Shown: positions 25,213 to 34,642, counted from the stretch's first letter. The stretch: 37,847 bases of DNA from Candidatus Micrarchaeota archaeon (GCA_964649265.1 CAZYPB010000001.1:1-37847); one strand, 5' to 3'. Program-made: numbers and translations. The notes: generated by a model from the letters alone, not told the origin.

Positions 25213-28014
25213 TCACTGCATCTCGATTCCCAACTTATGATATTTGCCGTTCCTGTTGGATGCATAGGCTCCACCAACAACAGCATTCAACTTCCCATCC
25301 TTAACGTATTTCTCAACATCAAATTCTCCTTTTGCTAGTTCCTTATATTCCTCACTCTGCCTCTGCATGTGCATGCTCCATGTACCTGCATTTTGATCAA
25401 GGACAACAAGAACATTGAAGGTCTCACCAACGTTCACGGTGTGTTTTCTTTCGTCTCCTTCATTTACTGTTTCAAGATATACCTTTCCACCTTCAATGTC
25501 CATCGCCCTTAGTAATGGGGTTCCTGGAGGAAACGGATACTCTCTACCTGTAGCCGAATGAAGGTTTTCGGGATCATGAAATGAGAACGGTAAAACGACC
25601 TGTCTGCTCGTTGCCCCTCCCTCATCTGTTATCCTGCATCCGAAGATTAGGGCGGTCTTCCCTTTGTTAAGAGTCAATTCACGGGGTTCGGGAAACGAAT
25701 CAGTATATGGGGATTTGTTTCTACTCTCCCCCTTTCCAAATCCCCTGGTAACCTGCTTTTCAACAGGTCCCCCAACAGCATCCTGGACAGTTTTGAGGTC
25801 CTCAACAGTAAGCCCTAGATTTGTCAGGTAAGGCAACATTGTTGGATTGTTTTCATTAAGTGTTTGTTCCATACTTGCTATTGCCTCCGCATGGCTATTC
25901 TGTAGGTACTTGTAATATTCAGAAGAAACAAATCTTTCCCTGGCTTCTGGAATAAGGTACTCAACAAAGTGCTCTTCAACATCCCTTAATCTGGAATTTC
26001 CGAACATCTCCAAAGCATTATGGTTCTGCCCAAGCGGTTTGGATAATGCATCTGCTAATTCAACGTACACTGCAGCTGCCATTGGATTGTATCTTCTTTT
26101 GATTTCACCTGTTATCTCTTCAAGTTCCTCAGTTGTTATCTCTCCAGCTGCGTGCTTTCTATTCGCTTCTGCATTCAATTCTTTACTTATATCCTCCACT
26201 TTAGAGACAAATGAGGAATCATTTACTCTGTCAACTGCCCTGCTTGCTATAGAGCTTATTGCATCCCTCTCCTGAGAATATCTTGATGGATCCAGGGTCT
26301 CAAGATCTATCTCAGAGTTGTACAGAGGCATGTCCTTTATGAACTCCCTTGCCTGCAGTTCTGTCTCCCGTTTAATCAGTCTGGTGAAGAATTCAGAACC
26401 CTTAAACATCTCCTGATAGTTCTTTCCTCTGTAATCCAAGAGAAGGTTTGAAGTGAATTTTCCCTCTATATCAAAAGAACTCATGTCTGAAAACATTCCG
26501 TACTCTCTGTGTTCAACCTGAATCTCTGCAATTGAGTGCAGTAGTGCAGAAGCAACCGGATCGTAATATTTCCCATAAACTGCTTCTGCCTGGGGGTCCG
26601 GATTCTGTTTTTTCATCTCAGCATACTGTGCCTTAACTGCCCTTATAAAGGATGGGTCATCTAGTTTTTTACTAACTCTTTCAACCAATTCATTGAACCT
26701 CGTTGTTCCGCCAAAGAAAGTGTCCTCATTTCCTTTAATAATTGCCTGAAGAGAATTCTGTCCCCAAATATCCGCTATAACTCCACGTACACTGTGAACT
26801 GTTTGATTACTGGCCATATCCTTATTTTTCTTATCTGCTTCTTCCCAATAGTCCTTGATTATTTTGTCGAATTTACTTTCATAGTTTTGGAAAAGTGGAA
26901 GTACTGCCTGTTGTCTTCCACTGGACTCAACCTGCCCTACAGATGATCGTTTGTCTAAAAGAATTACTGCAACAAGCGCAGCGCCCATTATCAGTAGTTT
27001 CTTGTAATTCCCCTTGAACCATGTGCTTATTCTGTTTCCCACAGTTCTTTGTGCCATTATTCTCTCTCCCAATCCCTTTGTTTTCGGAAGAGCGTCGTCT
27101 ATAGTTTCTACAGGTATCATTCCCTCCTTAGCAAGTCCGTTTGCAACCTCTGCATCAAGTTTTGCAATAACCTCAGCAACAGTTGCTCCCTCCCTAGTTA
27201 AAGCAGTGCGTATTATTCTCCCAACCCTTTCTTGGAAAAGTTTTTCAGGAACCTTATCAACAAGTGCTGTTCTAAGGTGTTCATGAACTATGTTTTTTAT
27301 GTCATCAATGAATGCTCCACTTAAGCTTATTCCTGAAAGCCTTCCCTTCATCCCAGTCAGTGCACCTCTAAGGCGCGTTTCATTGTAGATCTGCGCTAAT
27401 TCAGGGTCCTTCTTTATTGTCCTCTCCAGATCATCCACAAATGCTTCAGCATCAAACTTGTTGCCTTTTCCTTTCTTTTTGTATACTTCTCCGATGAATT
27501 CTGAATCCGTTTTTGCATCGTCTGTACTTCTAAGCATATCGTCAAGTTTGCTGCCGACCATTGGGGACCAGTTTCCAGAAGGTTTTTTCCAACTCTCAGA
27601 TACTATTTCTTGCAACCCTTCAAAGGCTTTGGCCTGTTTCTTTGCATTCGCTAAAAGCCTATTGAATGCTTTCATAATGCTGTCAACCTGATGTTCTGTA
27701 ACCTTCCCAGTTTTCACAGCGTTTTTATCTATGATCAACTCTACAAAATGGGCAACCTTTCCTTCCTGTTTGGAGGTCCACATAAGAAGGAATGCTCCAC
27801 CAACATCAACTCCGACTTCTAACTTACCTGCATCTATCCCGAGGTCCCTTGCCATGTCTGTAACTGTGTTACTCACTGCATGTGCCATACCGAACTTACC
27901 AAACTTACCTGGGACTAAAGTTCTGAATGCCATGTACTCTGCATAATCTATTTTGTACTGATGTCTATCCAGTTCTTTTCCCATGATTGGAACATTTCCT
28001 GAAAGATTTCCCAT
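25213..28014 (-). CDS. Large orphan protein with one TM segment, two tandem helical repeats and a beta-rich C-terminal domain
   Basis: ORF of about 930 aa with a GGGGG RBS before ATG 28014 and a TM segment LLIMGAALVAVILL. Confidence 0.8.
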   Translation of the reverse strand: MGNLSGNVPIMGKELDRHQYKIDYAEYMAFRTLVPGKFGKFGMAHAVSNTVTDMARDLGIDAGKLEVGVDVGGAFLLMWTSKQEGKVAHFVELIIDKNAVKTGKVTEHQVDSIMKAFNRLLANAKKQAKAFEGLQEIVSESWKKPSGNWSPMVGSKLDDMLRSTDDAKTDSEFIGEVYKKKGKGNKFDAEAFVDDLERTIKKDPELAQIYNETRLRGALTGMKGRLSGISLSGAFIDDIKNIVHEHLRTALVDKVPEKLFQERVGRIIRTALTREGATVAEVIAKLDAEVANGLAKEGMIPVETIDDALPKTKGLGERIMAQRTVGNRISTWFKGNYKKLLIMGAALVAVILLDKRSSVGQVESSGRQQAVLPLFQNYESKFDKIIKDYWEEADKKNKDMASNQTVHSVRGVIADIWGQNSLQAIIKGNEDTFFGGTTRFNELVERVSKKLDDPSFIRAVKAQYAEMKKQNPDPQAEAVYGKYYDPVASALLHSIAEIQVEHREYGMFSDMSSFDIEGKFTSNLLLDYRGKNYQEMFKGSEFFTRLIKRETELQAREFIKDMPLYNSEIDLETLDPSRYSQERDAISSIASRAVDRVNDSSFVSKVEDISKELNAEANRKHAAGEITTEELEEITGEIKRRYNPMAAAVYVELADALSKPLGQNHNALEMFGNSRLRDVEEHFVEYLIPEARERFVSSEYYKYLQNSHAEAIASMEQTLNENNPTMLPYLTNLGLTVEDLKTVQDAVGGPVEKQVTRGFGKGESRNKSPYTDSFPEPRELTLNKGKTALIFGCRITDEGGATSRQVVLPFSFHDPENLHSATGREYPFPPGTPLLRAMDIEGGKVYLETVNEGDERKHTVNVGETFNVLVVLDQNAGTWSMHMQRQSEEYKELAKGEFDVEKYVKDGKLNAVVGGAYASNRNGKYHKLGIEMQ
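25271..25430. repeat. 160-bp exact direct repeat, copy 2
   Basis: Identical to 24331..24490, offset 940 bp. Confidence 0.95.
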
Positions 28015-28039
28015 CAAATCAACCCCCAATAATCGCCAT

Positions 28040-30730
28040 CTATATCTCAGGTCTCAGAATTCCCACGGCAGGAGGAATTCCCCTGCTCTTCGCTGTTTTC
28101 AAACCAGTGTTATCTCCTAACCACTTCAATGAAAAACATCCGTCCTTATACGATTCAACTATTATATTTGTGTCAAATTTAATTTGCTGGCCTGTTTTTG
28201 TAAACATCTCCTCTTCCTTTCTTTTCGCAAGTGCCCCTGCAACTGATGGAAGATCGGATTTAACTCCCCGGTATCTCTTGGAAAAGAATTCTATTATCCG
28301 GTCTGGGGAATCAGCAGGACCTCCTTTCCTTAGGTATAACTCCACTGTATCATCAACACTCATTCCCAAAGCACTTGCAATTCTGTTGAACTTTCCTTCT
28401 TCCATAAGCTCTGAAACGGTCTCTGCCCTGTATGCAATCAGTCTTTTTGTCACTCCCTGGACAACCCGATCATCCGGAATATCCTCAAGCCCATAAGCGT
28501 ATGCAATGCTCTTGGCAGTCTCTTGGGTTAACTCTTCCCCAAAGCAATAAGTGGATGATGAAATATCCTCGTATGCTTTTTTCACAGCGCCCTCATTGCC
28601 GTATATCTTTTTCATATGTGCCATGTAATCTGCCGTCATCTCCTGTGCTCCTGCAAATTCCTGCGCATAGGAATAATCCAAGTATGGCTGGGCTTTTCTT
28701 TTGTCATGTCTCTCCCCTTGGTTGTGAGTACTTAGATAAAGTCCTGCAACAAGGCCCCCGTTTTCCATCCAGAATAATTTGTTAAATCCAGCCGAAGGAG
28801 CAAGCAGCTTCACATTTACCGAATGTCCTGCTTCAATCCATTTAGACAGTCTAACAGACCTTGTCCGTGTTCCCTTTCCTATAACTCCTTTATAGCAGAA
28901 ATCAGCGAATTTAGCTAGTTCTGGATTCTTGTTAAGCAGTCTTGATATGGCTATTTTCCCTGGTTTGGATCTTGCAGATGCAAGCCCGAACGCAACTGTG
29001 AATACTGCAGCCCAAGCAGCTGCCTCTGTTTTCTCATTATCTGAACCAAATGCTTCGTTTGCTTTATGGGCATCATAAATGGATTTTATTGCCTGCCATC
29101 CCCAATATGCGACAATGGGCCATTTTCCAAGCATAAACAGATACCAATGTTCTTCTATAAGGGAATTGGCGGCCTTCATGAAATTCTCATCAACTGAAAG
29201 AAGGGACTCTATTTTTCCATTATGTTCGTAGTAAAACGTACCTATCTCTTTCATTGTGCCGAAATAAACTCCGTTCTCAACCATCTCCTGCATTGCGTTT
29301 TGAACACTCTTTCCCCTGCCTCTTATCCCAAGGTAAGGGTCTATTGCACTGTATTCTCCGTCTTCCTTTGAGTATGCAATAACCACGACATCGTATTCAC
29401 TCTTTCTCTCCTGTCCTCCAGAGTTCACAAAAACATAGTTTTTTGTTTGTATGATTGAGCAGTTCTCAGGCAAAAGCCCTATCAATTTTGATTTTGCCTC
29501 CTCAGTAAGAAAAGAAGGAATTCCATCGGTTGTTGTGAAATATTCTCTACCACTTTCATCCTGGAAATCAGCTATATTCTGAGAATTAAAGCCCATGAAT
29601 TGTTCATGCCTTTGGTAAGCATCCCTATACATCAGATCCTGCGAATAGAATCTAAACAAGAATGAGTTTTTATTTCTGATTAGGTCAAGTACCTCGCTAT
29701 CAGCCCCAATGCTTCTTAATAGGAAATCACTATGTGCGAGGTCCCTGGACTCCTCTATTGATTCTCTTGCCTCATCAGCGAGTATACTGTTTCTCTCGAA
29801 TATCCGGTTTTTTATTTCACCATGGAACAAAGGAATCATGCCCTCAGGAATATAGTTTCTTATTTTTTCCATATTTCCCGGGATATAGCGATATAAATCA
29901 AAGATATTAACAGAACTTCCAATACTCCCCGGCTCACCAGATGTTTGTGCTGTTGTCTTAGATTGTTCTTGTGCAAAAAGTGTTTCAACAATACTTTCTT
30001 CTGTTATTAGGACTATTCCCTTTTCCATAAGGTGCTCTCTAAGTGCTTCAATCTTCCTCTCTTCATCAAAATTATATTCTAGGGCCCTAAGCCCAGTGGC
30101 ATGGCTGGTGAATGGGTTCACCTCCTGGTCAGTGTTTTGTCTTACCAGTACTCTAGGCTTACCAATAAGAACAACATCACCTGTTTCACTGTTCAATCCT
30201 GTGTTAGCCCATTCAAACCAGTATCTAACCTCATACCCCTGTGAATCATAGAATGTTCTGCCAGTCATCTCATTCCAAGCTGCTTTTATTTTTGATTCCA
30301 TGCCCTTGAAATTTAGATCTGCCATCTCAACAAGATGTCTGCTTGTCTTATCATCATAATATTCTCTGCCAATGGCTATCTCATCTGGAACTATTGCACT
30401 TATAACTGTTCTAAGTTCCTTATTCTTAGACTGGGATCGTGGTTTCCATTGCTTTGTTTTTGGTCCCTCAACAACAACTTCTCTTCTTGCTCCACCATGG
30501 CATTTCATTCCTGAACTCACTCTAAGTGGCCAATGGTTCTCTCCATTCAAATAGGACCTAACTGCTTTATCGATATCTTCCTGTTGGTAACCGTCCAAAT
30601 TCCGTGTTTTAACAACAACTTTTCCAGCCATCCCTTTGTCCGCTAACCTGTTTCCCGAAGCCTTGTGAGATGGAAGACAAGTTGGTTTTTTCTTTCCTTT
30701 TTTTTCAGCCTGTACCTGGAAGATAAACAC
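28040..30730 (-). CDS. Large orphan protein with MFIFQ leader and internal hydrophobic segments
   Basis: 896-aa ORF with a GGTGAGG RBS before GTG 30730. Hydrophobic stretches: WYLFMLGKWPIVAYWGW and AAAWAAVFTVAFGLA. Confidence 0.8.
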   Translation of the reverse strand: MFIFQVQAEKKGKKKPTCLPSHKASGNRLADKGMAGKVVVKTRNLDGYQQEDIDKAVRSYLNGENHWPLRVSSGMKCHGGARREVVVEGPKTKQWKPRSQSKNKELRTVISAIVPDEIAIGREYYDDKTSRHLVEMADLNFKGMESKIKAAWNEMTGRTFYDSQGYEVRYWFEWANTGLNSETGDVVLIGKPRVLVRQNTDQEVNPFTSHATGLRALEYNFDEERKIEALREHLMEKGIVLITEESIVETLFAQEQSKTTAQTSGEPGSIGSSVNIFDLYRYIPGNMEKIRNYIPEGMIPLFHGEIKNRIFERNSILADEARESIEESRDLAHSDFLLRSIGADSEVLDLIRNKNSFLFRFYSQDLMYRDAYQRHEQFMGFNSQNIADFQDESGREYFTTTDGIPSFLTEEAKSKLIGLLPENCSIIQTKNYVFVNSGGQERKSEYDVVVIAYSKEDGEYSAIDPYLGIRGRGKSVQNAMQEMVENGVYFGTMKEIGTFYYEHNGKIESLLSVDENFMKAANSLIEEHWYLFMLGKWPIVAYWGWQAIKSIYDAHKANEAFGSDNEKTEAAAWAAVFTVAFGLASARSKPGKIAISRLLNKNPELAKFADFCYKGVIGKGTRTRSVRLSKWIEAGHSVNVKLLAPSAGFNKLFWMENGGLVAGLYLSTHNQGERHDKRKAQPYLDYSYAQEFAGAQEMTADYMAHMKKIYGNEGAVKKAYEDISSSTYCFGEELTQETAKSIAYAYGLEDIPDDRVVQGVTKRLIAYRAETVSELMEEGKFNRIASALGMSVDDTVELYLRKGGPADSPDRIIEFFSKRYRGVKSDLPSVAGALAKRKEEEMFTKTGQQIKFDTNIIVESYKDGCFSLKWLGDNTGLKTAKSRGIPPAVGILRPEI

Positions 30731-30763
30731 TACCTCACCACGTATATACTATGGATTTGGGCC

Positions 30764-30772
30764 TTTAAGTAC
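30764..30772 (-). promoter_or_regulatory. GTACTTAAA box 33 nt upstream of the MFIFQ gene (putative promoter)
   Basis: Same 9-mer and same spacing as at 25203..25211. Confidence 0.6.
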
Positions 30773-30773
30773 A

Positions 30774-31985
30774 TTAGCTTTCCCTCAGTAATCGCATTAT
30801 CTGCCCAACACTTGGCCTCTTTCCATACATAAGAAGCCCGATTCTAAAGACCTTTGCTGAAAGCCACATGAATAGCAAGACAAATGAAATAAGCACAGCG
30901 ATGCTTGCACCTATCTCAAGTGCGGGCAGGTCAGTTAATGACAGTCTTATTAACATTACAATTGGTGCAGTTAATGGAAAGAATGAAAGTCCCTGGGCAA
31001 GAATTGAATTAGGTTCTTTCACTATTACTGCTGAGAACATTAGTGGAAGTGCTGCAATGAACCCAAACATTCCAGCAACCTGCTGCCCTTCCCTCTGCGT
31101 TGTTGAGATTGCCCCAACACCTGCATAAACACTTGCGAATATCAGATATCCCAGTACAAAGTAAACGACGGAGAGTGCTATTGTAATATATGGTACCTCA
31201 AATGCCCCAAGAAGAGGCATGCTATCCTGCATAACTGAATATGCAGAGGTGAGAACAGTGATCCCGGCAATTCCCCATATGAGCACCTGGGTTAATCCAA
31301 CTGCCCCAAGGCCGATTATCTTTCCAGCCATAAGCTCCAGTGGGGAAACCGAAGAAAGCAGTATCTCTATCACCCGGTTCTCCTTTTCAGAAACAATGCT
31401 CTGCAAAAGGAAGCCAGAGGTCATGAATGCGGCCATTACAAAAACAAAAGCAAATGCATATGGGATTATCAGTTTCAAGAGATTCGGCTGTGTTTCAGCC
31501 CCAGTCTCATCCAGAAAAACAGGAACAACTATTGCAGGGGCAATTGCCCTAAGATAAATATTGCCTTCAACATGATCTGAAAGAATGGTCTTTCTAAGAG
31601 AGTCCTTCAGCCATTCATCCGAAAATCCGCTTGCAATGTTCTTTGAATCAGTATAAACCTGAACTTGTCCGAACATCATATAATTATCCGGTATAACAAA
31701 ATAATGGGAAATCTTTCCTTTCAGAAGTGCCTGTTTTGCCTGTTCTTCATCTTTGTATTCAGTTAGGTTTATTGATTCCGGAGAACCCAGGTTAGTGAAA
31801 AAACCGGTCTTATCAACGTACCCAATATCGCCCCGCATTGCCCCCTCCGTCAGATCCCCCATAACAACAGTCTGTAAGAATACAACGCCAAGCATAAGTG
31901 CGGGTAATCCCAGAGTTATCAACAGGAATTCCTTTCTCTTTACATTCACAAGGTATTCATGCAATGCTATTTTCAGGGCGTTCAT
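30774..31985 (-). CDS. ABC-2 type exporter permease (NatB/YhaP-like)
   Basis: One N-terminal TM, an extracellular loop, SIVSEKENRVIEILLSSV..ELMAGKIIG, then further TMs. Confidence 0.92.
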   Translation of the reverse strand: MNALKIALHEYLVNVKRKEFLLITLGLPALMLGVVFLQTVVMGDLTEGAMRGDIGYVDKTGFFTNLGSPESINLTEYKDEEQAKQALLKGKISHYFVIPDNYMMFGQVQVYTDSKNIASGFSDEWLKDSLRKTILSDHVEGNIYLRAIAPAIVVPVFLDETGAETQPNLLKLIIPYAFAFVFVMAAFMTSGFLLQSIVSEKENRVIEILLSSVSPLELMAGKIIGLGAVGLTQVLIWGIAGITVLTSAYSVMQDSMPLLGAFEVPYITIALSVVYFVLGYLIFASVYAGVGAISTTQREGQQVAGMFGFIAALPLMFSAVIVKEPNSILAQGLSFFPLTAPIVMLIRLSLTDLPALEIGASIAVLISFVLLFMWLSAKVFRIGLLMYGKRPSVGQIMRLLRES

Positions 31986-32881
31986 CTGCTCTCCTCCTGT
32001 ACCAGGCTTATGAATATCTCATTGAGTGAAGGCCCACCAACTTCAAACCTGCTTATACCCAATCCCTTTCTTACGAGTGTTTTAAGGACATTCCCCGGAA
32101 CAGTTGCCTTAGCCAATTTTAGTTCTGCGTATTTCCCATAATCCTCTATTTTCTCCACCCCAGATATTTTTGCAGGCAGTTTTCCCTGATACTCAACTGT
32201 TATCGAATTAGCACCATGTTCAGCTTTCACTTCCCCTATCCTGCCATAAAGAACAACAGAACCTTTGTTTACCATCAATACTCTGTCGCACATCTTCTCA
32301 ACCTGGTCCATTTGGTGGGTTGAAAGAACAATTGTTTTTCCACTCTCCTTTAATTCAAGAATAAGATCCTTTATTAGTTTGGAATTAACCGGGTCTAAGC
32401 CTGAGAAAGGCTCATCAAGAACAATAAGTGACGGGTTATGTAACAATGAGACAATGAACTGTATTTTCTGCGCCATTCCTTTTGATAGCTCGTTTATCTT
32501 CTTTTCAGAATGTGCTTCCATACCTATCTTCTTTAACCACTTAAGAGCGCTTTTCCTAGCATCCTCTTTACTCATCCCCTTAAGAGTTCCAAAATAGACA
32601 AGTGAATCTATTACCTTAAGTCCCCTGTAAAGCCCCCTTTCTTCAGGAAGATATCCTATTTGTCTTTTCAGCTCTTCATCTAACCTCTTGTTGAAAAGAT
32701 TGACTTCCCCCTTATCTGCTTTTATTATGTCCATTATTATCCTAAGAAGCGTTGTCTTGCCTGCACCATTCGGTCCAAGTATGCCAAATACCTCACCATC
32801 ATCTATTGAAAACGAGACTCCTGAAAGCACTATCTGGGAGTCAAATGCTTTGTAAATACCGGATACAGAGAGAAGTTGCAC
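31982..32881 (-). CDS. ABC transporter ATP-binding protein (NatA/YhaQ-like)
   Basis: GPNGAGKTT, GYLPEERGLY, LSKGMAQK, LDEPFSGLDP and STH motifs. GTG start at 32881 after GGTGA (32890 is an alternative). Confidence 0.95.
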   Translation of the reverse strand: MQLLSVSGIYKAFDSQIVLSGVSFSIDDGEVFGILGPNGAGKTTLLRIIMDIIKADKGEVNLFNKRLDEELKRQIGYLPEERGLYRGLKVIDSLVYFGTLKGMSKEDARKSALKWLKKIGMEAHSEKKINELSKGMAQKIQFIVSLLHNPSLIVLDEPFSGLDPVNSKLIKDLILELKESGKTIVLSTHQMDQVEKMCDRVLMVNKGSVVLYGRIGEVKAEHGANSITVEYQGKLPAKISGVEKIEDYGKYAELKLAKATVPGNVLKTLVRKGLGISRFEVGGPSLNEIFISLVQEESR

Positions 32882-32886
32882 AACGT

Positions 32887-33606
32887 TCACCCTGTTTCAC
32901 TGATACACGCTTCAAGAAGATCCTGGTCTGTTATATGCTGGCAGAGAGATTCATCCAAACTAAGCACTGCAAGCTGATAATAACAGTCCTCCCTAAGATA
33001 TCCAGTTATTGAATCACAAACTACTATTTCCATTGTGGACATTGCATATTGGAGAAGGCACGAGTTTTTAGAATCAGTTGAGTCTGATTCACAGATATTT
33101 GGGTTTCCGTTCTCTATTGCAAAATAGGAAAGACAGTTCCCTGCGAATTCTGAGTTCATTATGTTCTCACAGACATTCTCTTTCTTTTTTAGAGAATAAA
33201 GCAAAAAGCATCTGTCACTGCTTCCATCGACAGTATCATTTGCAGATAAAACTGCTTGGAAGCATACCTGGTAATTTGATTGTTCTATAGCTTGTCCTGA
33301 GAAACACTCCCCCCTCAAATCAGGAGTGGTTATCTTTTCGCAACCCCCTTTCTCTGCAAATCTAGAATAGCACTTATCCATATAGTACGGGTTCTCTATC
33401 CTTTTGCAGATATCCCTGTTGTTCTCCCTTACAGCGAATTCTGTAAAGCACGTATGTTGTTCTATACCATTAAGCGTAATGCAATTATCTGCACCAGTTG
33501 TAATCTGTATTCCTATTACTGATGCATCAGGTATAAGATAAAGAGCAGCAAGAAGAAGGATCATCATAAACACAGCAAATGGCAGTGTTTTCTTTACAGT
33601 TGTCAT
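32887..33606 (-). CDS. Membrane-anchored/secreted protein with tandem Cys-pair helical repeats
   Basis: N-terminal hydrophobic helix, then about 7-8 repeats of the form C-xx-I-x(6-8)-C-(Y/F/L)-xxx-A. Confidence 0.8.
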   Translation of the reverse strand: MTTVKKTLPFAVFMMILLLAALYLIPDASVIGIQITTGADNCITLNGIEQHTCFTEFAVRENNRDICKRIENPYYMDKCYSRFAEKGGCEKITTPDLRGECFSGQAIEQSNYQVCFQAVLSANDTVDGSSDRCFLLYSLKKKENVCENIMNSEFAGNCLSYFAIENGNPNICESDSTDSKNSCLLQYAMSTMEIVVCDSITGYLREDCYYQLAVLSLDESLCQHITDQDLLEACISETG

Positions 33607-33673
33607 GTTCCTCAAACATATTGAATTTCCAATGTTTATATAGGTTGGGTTGTCATTTTCTATGGGTGGTGTA

Positions 33674-34204
33674 ATGGCCGGACTAAAGGGCAAAACCGTT
33701 GTTGTTCTTGTTGATGATGGTTATCAGGACCTTGAGGTTTGGTACCCATTCCTTAGGCTCAAGGAAGAGGGAGCAGATGTCTACTCTGTTGCCCCTGAGA
33801 AGAGAAAATACATTGGAAAGAATGGATATCCCATCGATGTTGATTTTTCAATTGATGAAGCACCTGATGCGGATTGTGTGGTCATTCCCGGAGGATGGGC
33901 ACCTGACCATTTAAGGAGAAACAAGATAGTTGTTTCTTATGTAAGGGAGGCAAATGAAAAAGACAAACTTATCGCATCAATATGTCACGGGGGGTCTCTT
34001 CTTGTTTCAGCAGGAACATTGAAAGGAAAAAAGGCAACAAGTTACGATGCCATAAAGGATGACATGATAAATTCTGGAGCGGAGTGGATTGATGAGGAAG
34101 TGGTTGTAGATGGGAATCTTATAACCTCGAGAAAACCCGCGGACCTCCCTGTTTTCTGCAGAAAAATAATCAGATTTCTCTCGGAAAATGAAAAAAGTCG
34201 ATGA
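33674..34204 (+). CDS. pfpI: PfpI/DJ-1 family (type 1 glutamine-amidotransferase-like) protease/deglycase
   Basis: GYQDLE, IPGGWAPDHLR, ICHG nucleophile elbow and VVVDGNLITSRKPADL. Confidence 0.93.
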   Translation: MAGLKGKTVVVLVDDGYQDLEVWYPFLRLKEEGADVYSVAPEKRKYIGKNGYPIDVDFSIDEAPDADCVVIPGGWAPDHLRRNKIVVSYVREANEKDKLIASICHGGSLLVSAGTLKGKKATSYDAIKDDMINSGAEWIDEEVVVDGNLITSRKPADLPVFCRKIIRFLSENEKSR

Positions 34205-34221
34205 GCAAAAATAGGGTAAGG

Positions 34222-34229
34222 TTTATAAA
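34222..34229 (+). promoter_or_regulatory. Consensus TATA box (TTTATAAA) of the pilin-like gene
   Basis: Purine-rich BRE-like sequence upstream; GGAGGT RBS at 34267-34272. Confidence 0.65.
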
Positions 34230-34279
34230 CCGGTTAAGCGCTAATGTCAGATATAAAAACTCAACTGGAGGTAGATCTG

Positions 34280-34642
34280 ATGATGAGACGGTTTTGGTTG
34301 ACCAGGACGTCCGTTATTTTGGCGTTAGTGTTAATGAGCAACCTGGTAATTGCCGGTCCAAGCCCAATGGTTGTGCAGCTCACTGCTATCTGCGCAAACA
34401 TAAAGGCAGTGGTACCGATAGTAGCGTTGCTTATGTTTATCCTTGCCGGAGGTATCTATGCTATTGGTCAGGTTCTAGGAGCTGAGACCAGGGCAAGAGC
34501 ATCCGTCTGGGCGACAGCGATGTTGGTAGGAGGAGTTATTGGACTCATCATAGCAGCATCTGCACAGTATCTCGTAGAGATATTCGCTCAGTTTGCCATA
34601 GGAGGAACGTCCATTATAAGCGGATCAGGAATAACCTGCTAA
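34280..34642 (+). CDS. VirB2/TrbC-like pilin precursor
   Basis: Signal-like N-terminus, then two hydrophobic helices separated by a short charged loop (GQVLGAETRARASVW); lies upstream of a VirB4-like ATPase. Confidence 0.7.
   Translation: MMRRFWLTRTSVILALVLMSNLVIAGPSPMVVQLTAICANIKAVVPIVALLMFILAGGIYAIGQVLGAETRARASVWATAMLVGGVIGLIIAASAQYLVEIFAQFAIGGTSIISGSGITC

Noticed and set aside
24331-25430. Diversity-generating retroelement template/variable repeat pair
   Set aside because: The copies are identical rather than differing at adenines, both are coding, and no reverse transcriptase is in the window.
28014-28056. Single frameshifted giant gene joining the 896-aa and ~930-aa ORFs
   Set aside because: The downstream frame is closed by a TGA at 28054-28056, there is no obvious slippery site, and the second ORF has its own RBS and ATG.
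34201-34485. 94-aa alternative-frame ORF overlapping the pilin-like gene
   Set aside because: It spans the TATA box and overlaps a better-supported gene with a strong RBS; no recognisable features.
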